NCBI GenBank assembly: GCA_000320545.1
Contig: ADNK01002885.1
Span: forward strand, 1 to 46,058
DNA from: Bigelowiella natans CCMP2755
Lineage: Eukaryota > Protista > Cercozoa
Direction: 5' to 3'
DNA: 46,058 bases
Shown here piece after piece: positions 26,213 through 39,593 of the stretch; positions within the stretch are counted from its first letter, which is position 1; every line of letters starts with the position of its first letter. The notes beneath the pieces were generated by a model, which had not been told where the DNA came from, made no database searches, and saw only the letters and a list, made by a program, of their open reading frames with translations. Position numbers and translations under genes: made by a program.

Positions 26213-27813
26213 TTAGGCCATAGAAGACAAAGAGCCAAGACAAGGCAGCTTTCCACCTTGATACTTTTCAACGAGTAATTTTGCGAGAGGGATAGAGAGG
26301 CCTTGGAGGTCTTGCTCCTTTGTAGTACCACCAATCTTTATTACAACACCCTTTGGAGGAACCTGATTCATGATGGAACCATTTTCGTACATTTACACAC
26401 ATCAAATCAACAAATCTAGATATAACTTATATCAAGATTTCAAGATATATTAGCGATATTGATATTCTATTAGACTTTACAAATCATGTGTTATTATCCG
26501 TGTTATACATGTTGCAAAACTGCACACCTCCTTGAGAACGGAAGAACAATCGAAGACATTGCCGTCAATGACAAGAGTAACCGAATTACGTATTTCTTTG
26601 ACTTGAGCGAGAGAGAAATTCTTAGAAGGAATCCTCTTTGGATCAATTCCCCCAAGAGAAGCATACAATGCTTGAGGCCTGACCTTTTCATCTTTAGGCA
26701 CCATCCACCCTCCAGGTTGAGGGCCTACGAACAAATACGAGCATTCATTGATCAATATTTTAGACCCATCATCATCCTGCCCTGCATATATCTGATAATA
26801 AACTTGTTTACCTGCAAGAGTAGGACACTCAAACCATACAGCCCCGTTCCCCTCCTTTCTGTCTTTATCTTCACATTTATGAATTTTTAGTCTATAGGAG
26901 CTGTTGTTCAGCATACCCATTACCTAAGAAGAAGAAGAGTGTTCAAAGTCAAAATAAATCTCTCATCATTCATATCATAATACAGGTAAGCTAATCTACT
27001 GATCTAGACTCACATTCCAGGCGATGTGAAGTGGTTGCGTATTATGGTCAGAGTCCCATGCACGACACCGGATTTCAGACGAATTACAGAGCAATTCAGT
27101 TTCGAGTTGAATGGACCTTTTTGTAAGATATATGGATATCAAGAAGAACTCATATCATATCAATCAGCATCAACGATGGATTTGGGGGAGGAGAGAAATG
27201 AGATCATGTATTACTACTACTACTACCATGCGAACAATAATAATCCTTGATTTTATGCGGATTTTGTTTAACATTAGAACATTGCAAATCCGATCCCTGC
27301 TACCAACCCAATCATTATTACCAGTGTATCCAGCACCAATGTTTCCCTCTCGAGTCGAAGTTGTCCATGCATTTCTCCTTCGCATTCTTCTTATACCTAG
27401 ATTATTAATTGAAGAACACATGGTGCATATATATTATGTTGTTGTGATCATTATCATCACCAGTACTTTATCATCCTCAAACTCCTTGACATTATATAAT
27501 CGTAGCAGTAAACATCATTGTTATTTTAAAGATAGTAGTGAGAAGAGTGTTACAACTACTACTACTACCACCACGCACTATGATTACCATTCACGTTCAA
27601 ATCTTTGGATCTGTGCGGCCATCCACGTCACCCCTGTAATAAAGAATCAACTAACGAATCAACAATAACAAACATAGAGTAATACAATTAGTAGTATAGT
27701 AATGGTAGTAGTAGTAGTAATAGCAGCAGCATATATACGGCAAAATGATCAGAAATAACAATCATCACATAGAAATAAATGTCAGTTTATGATGGTACTG
27801 GTGCTCCACCCAT

Positions 27814-27850
<37 letters not shown>

Positions 27851-27874
27851 TTATAAAAATAAAAAATATATTTC

Positions 27875-27916
<42 letters not shown>

Positions 27917-30665
27917 TTGTACGTTATCTTTCGTATGATTATCACCTTGATCGATTGACACTTCACACCGAATAACCTTCCTCCCTCCTCCTCCATAAGC
28001 ATACCCCCTTACAGTGTATTTCTTACCAGGGGCTGGATGGATGATTTCCTTATGCTCTGGAGATCTGATTGCCTAAACAATATTAGTAGCACACATGTGT
28101 TCTCCATCAGTCAAGAAGGCAAGGATATTAGAGACGATAAGAACAACGAGAAGATGACATGCCATCTTTGGTAAAATGCGTCGTTATGTTGTGTGTGTGT
28201 GTGTGTTGGTCCATCCAATTAGATTCCTAGTGTAGTAGTAGTAGTAGTAGTTGTAGTATTAGCAGTAGTAATAGTATAACCGATTGGATATTGATATCGT
28301 TGATAATGAAGTCTGGCCTGTGCCACCAATCTTCTTCATTAGCACGCTCAGCTGTTACCTGAGGAAAGTGAGTGGGAGGAAGAGGAGGAGGAGCATCACC
28401 ACCATCATACTGCTGCTGCTGCTGCTGCTGCTACTACTACTACCACTACTGCTACTACTACTACTACTACTACCTCCGAAGGAAGTACTCGGTTATCATA
28501 GTAATGGAAGTGGTTTGTTGACTCTTTGTCAGATACTTCAATGTGTGATAACCACTTGACCATACGTCCTCCAATAAATCCAGGAATGATGATACGAAGG
28601 GGAAACCCGTGGTCAGGGGACAGAGGTAATCCTATTATAATTATTATTATTATTATAAATACCAGAGAAGATAAATGTATAGAATCAATGAGAAGAGGAG
28701 GAAAAACAATTCCAACGCAAAATGTGCGGATGTCATGTCAACAACGCTTAATATAAAATCCATTTCGAGCATCATATATGTACATATATTTTGTGGTGCT
28801 ATACATATATACTCACACTATATAAATCAACACCGTTCTGTGCATAGGCCAAAATAACATCCCAATTATCGTTCATTGCACGATCGATGGCGATAGAAGT
28901 ACCATATGATCCTGTGTTATTAGGAAGAGGAAGGTGGAAAAGAAAGAGGGTAGTAAAATTAGTCTAGTGGTTAGGTTCTTCCTATAGTCGGATAGTTAAA
29001 AGCTGCTACGCATCAGGTATTTCGGGTTATTCTTCTCTTCTTATTTACTTCTACTTTGTTCTTTTTTACTACCATCTTGTCCTTTAGGCAATTCTTTCAA
29101 AGGCCCTCGAAAGCAGACGAATTTGGCAGATTTAGTAGCAGTGTCGGCAATACCTCCACAGTGTTTTATAACTGTGGACAGTCGTACTCCTACAGGTGGG
29201 GCGGTGTATGTATTATTATTTGCTCGATAAATGGAGCTATTTCAGGGGAAACTTAATTTATCATGCTACTATATCCTCTTCCCTCCTATAGTACTCACTA
29301 CTACCTTTCCAAACACTGGTTGCATGTGCAGCAGCACCCCATGAAAAGCCAAGGCCCTTCTTGACCATATTCTCCTCTTTACGACGATTACCAGCACAAG
29401 GAAACGTACACGGAAATTCATACGATGGCAATGATGCTAGCTGATCCTAAAAAGAAGAAGAAGAAGAATAGAGAGGGAGATGAAGAGGAAGATGTTGTTG
29501 GTAAGATTGGTAATTAGGAACAGGGGGTAGTAGTATATGGGGAGAATGGTTATAATGATAATGTTACGACTCTTATGATGGATAGCACTATCAATAGGTA
29601 TCATTTTGTGGAAACCAAGCAACGAATATTGTTGACTTAAGTAATGTAAGGGACAACATGCCTTCAAAACTGGTTTTACTGGTGATACTGAGATAGACAT
29701 TAGAAACTAATAATACAAATACAACCATGGTGAAAGTCGTTTTGTTCTTCACAAGACCCGTCACAGTAACACGATGTTCATCCCACGATATCCTTGGGAC
29801 CTTCAATTGTTTGTACTTGAAGAACATATACTCCACTTCGAATTGTCATAGATCGAAATGAAGTGGTATTGTAATGATAGTTGAGTTTTTCTACCATTCA
29901 TATATTACCTTCCCGTGGTTGCGAACGAAGTGAATCTTTGTAGGTGTTATAAACCCAGCATCAAACAGATCTTTTAATGGAGGCTCACAGTTAAATGGAT
30001 GGCGTCCTGATTAAGTATATAGTAGTGTGAATAGTATAAGCTAGTGTTCATATCTTTCAGATCTCTGCTAGAGGGTGATAGGAATTCAATTCAAATTTCA
30101 TCAAACAGCACCCAACTAACCAGTAAGACGAATAAGAGAAGGATCTCTCTTAATCCAGGTGTCTGGAGTTCCTGTGTCGCGGCCATCTACATATCCCACC
30201 AACTGACGTGGCTTGTATCTGAGTAGTAATAAGTATATGCGACAGTGACCTATATATAATATTCTGTACAGTAAAGCATATGTGTGTATGTGTGCATATG
30301 TGTGTGTGTGTGTGTGTGTGTGTATTATGATTACCCCATTGCCCTTGGTGAGGGCTTCACGGCGTACGCTATAGAATTCTACAGTGCATGGAATAAGTAA
30401 GTTATTATTAAAGATCTAGCTTACTAGTAAATGTGTGATCATGCAGAATTGAACGTATATTTTCAACACTAAGCTACTGAACCTGGAAAAGGTACGAGAA
30501 AACGGCAAGGACAACTGCCAAAATTAAAAATGTCATGATCATCCCAGAGCCCTGGGCGGCATTTGCGAGGGAATCCACGTTTAAAGCAATAGCAGATGTG
30601 ATGCCTCCAATAAGTGAGGCGATCATCATCATTATCCTTTGTTTTTGAGCTTCTTCGCCGTATCT
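26213..30665 (-). CDS. NIA: Eukaryotic assimilatory nitrate reductase-like protein (Moco + dimerisation domains, degenerate cytochrome b5 start, no FAD/NADH domain seen); 5' end uncertain
   Basis: Exons give [23 protein letters not shown]|[10 protein letters not shown]...[96 protein letters not shown] and RAWD...WN|VMGMLNN...PTLAG|PQPGGWM. These are diagnostic NR motifs. The start could be ~30339, ~30632 or as far as 31147. The terminal exon is tentative. Confidence 0.9.
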
Positions 30666-31149
30666 GCAAGTGCGTGTCCATAACTTAATATTCATGTTGC
30701 TGTAAGGAATTAAATAAAATTGGAAAGGCACCAAGAGGAGTAACAACAGTGGAATCTGGCGAGTATCTTGGGGACACACTTGTGATCGATTAGGAGGCGG
30801 AACCTTTAGTGTCTCTCATCATCATCGCTCAACATCACCATCGACGATTGTGAAAAGACCAAGAAGAGGCGTTTCGACTTCGTTTTCGGTTGCGACATCA
30901 TTTTTTCCATGTCGCACTTAGAAACTGGCTGCTACGTCTTCGCTTCGATTGAAACTTCTTCTGTTCGGCAAAAGCCACGCTTTGACAGAGGAAGGGCAAC
31001 CGCCGAGCAGTCATTGTCGCAACCCATTGGATGCCCTAAGTTTGCGAACATCGTCATGGATTTCTTCGGGTCGTTTCCCATGATTTTCTTCTTGAATAGC
31101 CGTCCTTTTTCAGAAGAACAACCTGCAATGCAAGTACGTAATGCCATGT

Positions 31150-31461
31150 AAATTGTTTAATCGTAGATCATTTCTAGATTTTTAAATTAAAAAGCATGGA
31201 CGCATATGTAAAAATGGAGGCCATTTTCACATGAAAAAGGCGCTGTTCTCGACGAACCGTGTTGTTAAAGAACACCAGAATGGAGCTGGAGGAAGAGAAG
31301 AAGAAGAAGATTGTGATGATGCAGCCTCAGATAATCATTTCATAGTCGAAAGTCAGGAGAAAATCATCTATCTCACACTTCAAGTCCGAAGCTCCTCCCT
31401 ACCAACCACAATTTGTTGCACAGAGGCTCTTTTAAGGAACAACCCCAAAGCGCCATTCTCT
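31150..31461. promoter_or_regulatory. Putative bidirectional promoter between nitrate and nitrite reductase genes
   Basis: The genes are head-to-head with a short, repeat-free spacer. The call rests on position only. Confidence 0.45.
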
Positions 31462-31822
31462 ATGCTGAGACTGTTGCTCCTTTCCGCCATATGTACAGCG
31501 ATTCCTGTAAATGCTGCGATAAGAAGAACATCGTTATCCGGAGGTGATTGCTGCCCTTGCGATATGACAGAGTCGTTGATGTATTTGTGTAAAATATCCT
31601 TGTGATGTTCATCCTGGCTTATTAATTAATCATTTCTGCTGCAGCAGTTTCCCGATCAACAACTCCTCACCGGTCCACAAAGGAGTTTGGAAGGAAGAAG
31701 AGGATGCTACGGTTATCAAAGTAAATATTTTCATTTTAAAATATGTAACATTAGAACAACACCGAACAACATCAGTAAGTATCAGCCAGGCTCCTCAGGC
31801 ATAACAACACAAGATTACAAAC

Positions 31823-31856
<34 letters not shown>

Positions 31857-32372
31857 GTAGAATGATACACGATGAAAAGAGAAATGATGAACGTGCATTG
31901 AAAGGTGCTGTTTCTCAATTGTATCATGTAGATTTACTACGACAGCAACTGCTGGATTCACTGAGTCATCTTATGATGACGACAACGGTTACAAGGTGAT
32001 GATGATGATGATGGTGATCATGATGAATGTTTAATAACGTGCAATATTCGAGTTACAAGGTGATGATGATGATGGTGATCATGATGAATGTTTAATAACC
32101 TGCAATATTCAACGACAGTTGGTTGTTACGAAAAAGGAATTACATTTGATTTTATTTATTTGTCACATATTGTTCCCAGAAAGCATCAGAAAGAAGATTT
32201 GGTGATAGTGATTGGCCACAGGTGAGTGGGAGACATACTGCCTATATAAATCAACAATAATAATTCATCAAACTGCAAGATGATTACACTTCCATAACTC
32301 TAGGTGGGTCATGGTATATTGTAGATAGAATTTTCAACGTTGCGTACTTTTTTTTAAGTTTTAAACGAGGCT

Positions 32373-32408
<36 letters not shown>

Positions 32409-32865
32409 TCTCTCCCCTTTCTCTCTGTCACATAAAACTTCATTATGATTGGTTTTTTACTCTATTTAAAAAATAATAATATGTGAATTAATAGTAGCTA
32501 TCCCCCTTATTATTCTCTCTCTTTTATTGATGATAATACGAATACAGTATGGAACCAAGTATCTCCCAAAGCAGACCATAGAAAGGGCCGAAAGGGTAGT
32601 TAGTAGTACATTGTTTACCAACTATGTGTATAATACTGAGAGAACAACGCTGATGCTATCGTCAATTATGAGGGAAACAAAATTGAGAAGCTAAAGCTAG
32701 AGAAATGTGGGTCAGCTGCCTTTGAAGAAGTTCACGAATTTGCAGGTTGAAGTTACTCTTATCATATCATTGTTGTTAATGTTGGTGGTGGCTAGTAGCA
32801 CTTGTGTAATTGGCACATGAATGAAATAAAGAGTGTGATATGAGTGTGCATGTGTGTGCATGTGT

Positions 32866-32911
<46 letters not shown>

Positions 32912-33213
32912 TAAATGGGTTGTTTATCAGCGTAAAAAAAATAATGTTTGAACAATGCTGTGATTACTGCACTTATGATCAGTCCAATCATCATCACTTA
33001 TGCCGTACTGTGTACACGGATACGACTACTTACTCTTGTTGATTTATCATCAGCCGCTATTCGAGAGGGTACAACAACGTGGGAAGATTTAGATATCGAT
33101 GATGCTGATGTGAGACTCAAGTGGGCTGGGCTATTTCACAGAAGGTTATATTATTATTAACAGCAAATACTAACCTAACTACTGCTGCTACCACCTTTCT
33201 TCTTCTTCATCTT

Positions 33214-33249
<36 letters not shown>

Positions 33250-33515
33250 AGTTGGTAAGTCGTTGATGATCTGTCTTACTCGTCTCACTCATCATAGGAA
33301 AAGAACACCGGGGAGATTCATGATGCGGCTTAAAGTTCCTAATGGGCTGTTGACGTCAGATCATATGCGGTTCTTCGCCGATACCGTTGGGATGTAATAG
33401 AGTGTGTGTGTGTGCGCGTGTGTGTCTTATATATATACATCCAGAGAGATAAATGCTTTTGTAAACATCATTATTATCATCATCACTACTAAATACCACA
33501 TATCTAATGAATTTT

Positions 33516-33547
<32 letters not shown>

Positions 33548-33704
33548 TCATGAACCATGTTGTTTATTTACTTTAAACCACACATCGTTTGCTAGATATC
33601 CTGCTGATGTTGGAGTCATCGATATCACCACAAGGCAAAACATACAGCTTCGAGGTGCGAGTTAATATCCATACATATATACATACATATATTCTATTTT
33701 TTTG

Positions 33705-33772
<68 letters not shown>

Positions 33773-34089
33773 CATAGGTTTTGGTCAATTGATTAGAATT
33801 GAGGAATAATTCTTTTCTGTAATATTAATTATTATTATTCTATCTTGCTCCATTCTACTTCTTTTTCTTTTTCTTGTCTTTTTGTTCTTCTCCTTCTCCT
33901 CTTTATTATTATTACTATTTCTATAACCACAGGCATTGAATTGCAGGATATGACTGAATTAATCGATGGGTTGCAAATGGTAGTAGTTGTTGTTGTTGTT
34001 GTGGTGATGCAGATGTAGTAGCATAGAGAGAAGAAGAAAAGGAACAAAACAATACCAAGAACACATCTAACGAATCTCCACTTGTACTA

Positions 34090-34125
<36 letters not shown>

Positions 34126-34907
34126 GCTTAGTAATACTCATGCCATAGGATGATAAGAGAGAAGTGGCCTCTCAAACGTACAAATACTACTACTGCTACT
34201 ACTACTACTCATGTGATGATATCAGAGAGGCCTCTCAAACGTACAGAGCGGGATGGATAATGTAAGGAATCTTGTCGGATCTCCCATTGCTGGTGAAACT
34301 ACTACACTGCTACTAGTAGAAGATCTAATTTGCCTATTCTTCTTGTCATCATCATGACCTTAGTGATGATCATCATCAATAGCAAGCAACTTCGTGCTGT
34401 GACTACTATTATTCATTCATTCACTAGGTATTGATCCAGAAGAGTTGGTAGATACTCGTGACATTGCGAAGGATATTGATGCAATGATTACAAATGACGG
34501 AAAGGGGAATCCAAAACTAGCTAATCTTCCAAGGAAGTTCAACATAGCAGTGTCAGGTGATTGTAGAAAGATATTTAGAACCTTTTCCAGTGTATTTTTG
34601 ACTTGTTTCACAACTCACCATCATCCGGAGGATTCTCATTCGCCTTTTCACTCTCTCACATATAGTAGCAAGAAGATCCCCATTAGCCTGTTCACTCTCA
34701 TATATAGTAGTAGTAGTACCTGAAAGCAGCCTTCTCCTCCTATTACTCTACTATCACAAATCTCCCCTCCCCCTCCCTTCTTAGGATCGCGTGATGATTT
34801 CGCTCACACAAGCATTAACGATATCGGACTGAGACCTTGCCCAAATAAGGTATGAGTATCATCATATGTTGTTGCAGCAACTGATTAATACTTTAACAAC
34901 ATTTAGT

Positions 34908-34951
<44 letters not shown>

Positions 34952-35002
34952 TATTCAGTAGAAGGATGGAAGGACGGAAGAATCAGCATGATCATACATT
35001 TG

Positions 35003-35038
<36 letters not shown>

Positions 35039-35460
35039 ATTTGAAGAATACAATGCATTGCATCGATATTGCTATACCTCTTATGATTTAAACAATGGAA
35101 GAGGAGGATGAGGAGACTTTCCTTCTTACTGGTGGTCTCTTTCTTTCCTTCCTTCATCTCCTGCTACTGATACTCCTACTACTATTACTTACTTCCTTAC
35201 TCACTCACTCACTACTACTACTACTACACCTGTTTCCCCCCCTCTACCTGATTTGTCCCTTCGTACGTTACGTGCTACTACCATAGGAATCTGGGGAAAT
35301 GGGATTCAATGTGATTGTAGGAGGCTATTTTAGCATTAAAAGGGTTATGGAGTCGATTCCTATGGATATCTGGTAACTATTAAGTAATAGAGCTCATTTA
35401 TACTAACAGCACTCACCATATATTCATTTGTTACTATTGTAAGGGGATGATGATGATGAC

Positions 35461-35496
<36 letters not shown>

Positions 35497-35591
35497 ATGT
35501 TCTAATGATGGTCTTCGCACCGTAACAACATCAAAGGATCAAAGCAGAGGATGCTGCAAGATTTTGTGAAGCAGTGTTACTATACTTCAGG

Positions 35592-35624
<33 letters not shown>

Positions 35625-36432
35625 AACTACAACCACTGCTGCTACAAGTACCTTTTACGTGTACTTTCTATCAGCATGGGTACAGATATACCTTATACCT
35701 ATACTTTCTATCAGCATGGAAGGATTCATTTCTTTTGTTGATATTGTTCAGTTGAATGCAACAAGACTGTTAGTTATACTTCCCAATGTATGGACATTAT
35801 CATCATCATCGTCGTCATTATCATCATCAATATCATCTGTGTATTGATATCCCTTTAAAGGGATAATGGCTCTCGAGGCGATAGGCAAAAAGCAAGACTC
35901 ATATGGCTGATAGAAGATATGGGGTCAGTATGTAAGAACAACAAAGAAGATGAGAGATACTGCTAAAGTCTTATCGAGCTTATTCTATTACAATTATCAT
36001 CTATATTTAATATTACTATTACTATTCACATGTATAGAATGGAGGGATTCCGTCAAGCCATTTCTGACAAATATGACGAGATGTTCCCCAAGAAAAAGGG
36101 AGGAGCGGTAATTCTGACACACAATGATAATAATAATAATAACAATAATAAAAACAGGAGGACAACAAAAACATGATGATGACGATGCTGATGCTGGTGT
36201 GCACGTGTATACAAATATCGTTGAGAATAGCTCATTCAAAGAGTAGTAAGAAGAATGACGTATTACAGTGAACTTAATATAGCAAATTATGATGATGATG
36301 GAATTTTGGTTAAAATGCTGTGTTTGATGTATTGTAAGGCAATTCCAGCACAACCAGAGCCTTGGGCAGTAGCAGGTTTAATAGACGTATGTACCTGTGT
36401 GTTTGTGTTTGTGTTTGTGCGTGTGTGCGTGC

Positions 36433-36477
<45 letters not shown>

Positions 36478-38783
36478 CTGATCTGTGTATCTCTAATGTA
36501 GTTATCAACATACGTGATGATGATTCTTCTGTCCTTGTTTGACTGCAATGAGAAATGAATAACGGCTGATAACAGCAGGGACTAATACTCCTACTCAACC
36601 GCACAAAAAGAGAGATATACTAGGTGTCCATTCACAGGTAATAGGTAGCGGTGATTGATTGTTATGTGCTTGCTTTAATGTAAAATATCATCGAAACATG
36701 ACTGCTACAACAACAACAACAGGCAGCAGTATTTCATCCTTCATATTGCAGTATTAATTGTAGTCACACTGTTCGTCTCTTCGTTGTGTTTGTGATTACT
36801 TCTATAAAACTATCATTATCTCCACCACCACCATCATCATACCTATTCGTAGAAACAAGAGGGCTTAAGTTGGGTTGGCATCAATGTCCCTGCAGGAAGG
36901 ATCTTGCCTGATGAGGTGGTAGCAGTAGTTCTTGTACTAGTACCTGTAGTTGCTGTATTGATCAAGATGAGATAGTGATTATGATGATGATGTTGTTGTA
37001 GCAGTTGTGGTAGTGGTAGTACGTAGCAGTAGTAGTAGTGACTTGATACGTCATTATTTGAAGGAATAGCGTCTGAGTAGTACTCTCATTACCAAATTGA
37101 TTCATTTGAATAATATGTGGTGTTGTATATAATGCTGTTATTCAAGGCTATGGCTCTTGCTGATATTGCTGATAAGTACAGTCAAGGAGAGATTCGGTAT
37201 TATTATTTGTGGAGTGATGATGATGATGATGATGATGATAAGATCCAAATATATGGTGTATGAGAAGTGAAGATATAATAAGTTACTTCTCACCTGCTAA
37301 TGTGATCAATATTGTTTTTCAATAGTAAAATTGTTCTAGTATTGAATTGATGTTGTCCAAATGTAAATAAATATATGCAATCATCTTTTCATATATTCTT
37401 CCTTGTGATGATGCTGACAATATGACAATCTCATCATCATCCTATTAGCCTTACAGTAGAGCAGAATGTAATCTTCCCCAACGTCAACAACACGAAGGTC
37501 GTCATTAAACGAATAAAAAACAAACAGAAGAAGAAGAAGAAAAAGAGCAGCAAGAAGAAGAAGAAACAATGGCGGTTAGCCGAACTAAACCTAATGAGAT
37601 AATGATGATAATGATGTTGATAATGATGATGATGGAGATGGAGATGGAATGGAAGACACTATCTTTCCATGTAAAAGATATATCTAATCCTCCCATTGTA
37701 TGAGAGGAAGAGTCATTGATTCACGTAATTCGTTTGTGAAGAATTGACCGTATATGATGGTTGCCCTTATGTATTGAAGGTTTCTGAGTTGCTGCAGGAG
37801 CCTCTATTCAACATCGGCCACTATTTTATCCCAAAAACAGACAAGGATTTTCCCCTCTCCCGCGGGTAGTAGTGGTAGGCAGCAGTAGTTGATACTACGT
37901 TCATGTCTCACACACTAGGCAGTAGGCAGTAGTAGTAGTACTAGTAGTAGTAGGTCCCTAATAGTTGTAGTAATAGTGTGAATTCTCACATTGTTTCATC
38001 GTCCAAGCAGATGATGACATCATATCCTTTATTATATTTTCTAACCACTTGTCTTGTAATGGTGATTGATGTCATCATCCTTGTTTGTACATCTCTTTAA
38101 TGATTTATATCATTATTATCATCGATACTACCAGACTTGTTTCCTGCACAGGATCGCAATTTTGCGGTGTAGGTAGGTAGCATCAGTGTGGTGTGAGAGT
38201 GTGTGTGAGTGTCTCTTCCAACAAATACAGTGTGGTGTGAGTGTGTGTGTGTGAGTGTCTCTTGCATCAAATACACGTTAGTAATTACTATTTACTGTTT
38301 CGAGTCTGCGATGGATGATCTCCTTAAGATTTGTGAACCGACTAGATTCGCTTGGAACAATTCTGCTGCTCAATTTAGCGCCTGATTTATGTTGATGACG
38401 CAGTTACTATTGTATGTAATGATATGCAACCGCCATCCTTTGGTGTGACATTAAGTAATATCACTATTACTACTCCTACTACTACTATTACTACTACTAT
38501 TGCTACTACTTTTATGACTTCTGCTATTACTTACTACGACTGTTATTATTACATACAGCGTTGATCGAGACTAAGAATCGTGCTATAGAACTTTCAAAAC
38601 GCCTCGAGGAAGAATTAAAAGTAGTAGTAGAAGTAAGTAGTAGTAACAGTGTTCAGTAGGAGGAGGAGGAGGTATATGTGTCGGTCGACATCTATCGTCA
38701 GAATATCATGATGATGATGATGATGAGAATTATCATGATGATGATAACCAATGCGTGACGTGAGTCAACAAATTGGTGAAAAG

Positions 38784-38823
<40 letters not shown>

Positions 38824-39593
38824 GGTAGATATGCCTGTGCGAATACACTGGACAGGGTGTCCTAATTCATGCGGTCAAGCTCAAGTTGCAGATATTGGCT
38901 TAATGGTTGGTTGGTTGTTGCTAGATTAAATAATCATAAGGAAACACCTGCTGCTCACTGAGAAACTAATTGCTGTCTTTAGCTACCAGCGATCAACGCT
39001 GTAACAAACAACACATCGACGAGTTTGAACATATTGATAGACAGTGTTGTTTCACATGCATCTTGAACTCACACATCCTGTGTGAATGAACGATAAATTA
39101 GGGAGGTCCTGCTAGGGTTGAGAAGGAAATTGATGGAAAAGTCAAAAAGGTTGCAGTTGAGGGAGTTAACATCTTTCTTGGAGGAAAGGTTGGCGAAGAC
39201 CCATTTCTAGGCGAGGTAATGATACTTAGTTATAACATCTATAATAATAGCAATGGCAAAGTCAATTTATTCCAATGCATACAAATCATGGATCAACAGA
39301 TGGATCTTGCCCTAATCTGCATCACGAATAGCTTCTTAGTAGCAACTTTGAGCATCATCATCATTATCAATAAGACAATGACATATTTAAAGGTTTACAA
39401 GAAGGGAGTGCCTGCAGATTATAAATATCTAATCCCTATCATGAAGGTAAAAAGAGGAAAATATTGATTACTTGTACTTGCACGCGCACACTAAATATGT
39501 ATACGTAAATGTGGTTGTTTCATGTAATGCAGCACTCACGTGGTATATCATTAGGACATCTTAAAGGAAAAGTTTGGAGCGATGGAGAAGTGA
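31462..39593 (+). CDS. NIR: Ferredoxin-nitrite reductase, plastid-targeted (bipartite leader), multi-exon
   Basis: Signal peptide MLRLLLLSAICTAIPVNA is followed by a Ser/Arg-rich transit-like exon. The mature part has RLKWAGLFHR|RKRTPGRFMMRLKVPNG, DITTRQNIQLRG, SGMDNVRNLVGSPIAGID, NLPRKFNIAVSG, NDIGL, CTGSQFCGVALIETK and RIHWTGCPNSCGQAQVADIGLMG (siroheme/4Fe-4S cysteines). It ends DILKEKFGAMEK* at 39593. Confidence 0.95.

Noticed and set aside
31231-31461. Upstream in-frame ATG extending NiR by 77 aa
   Set aside because: It would bury the clear signal peptide starting at 31462. It is more likely 5' UTR or promoter.
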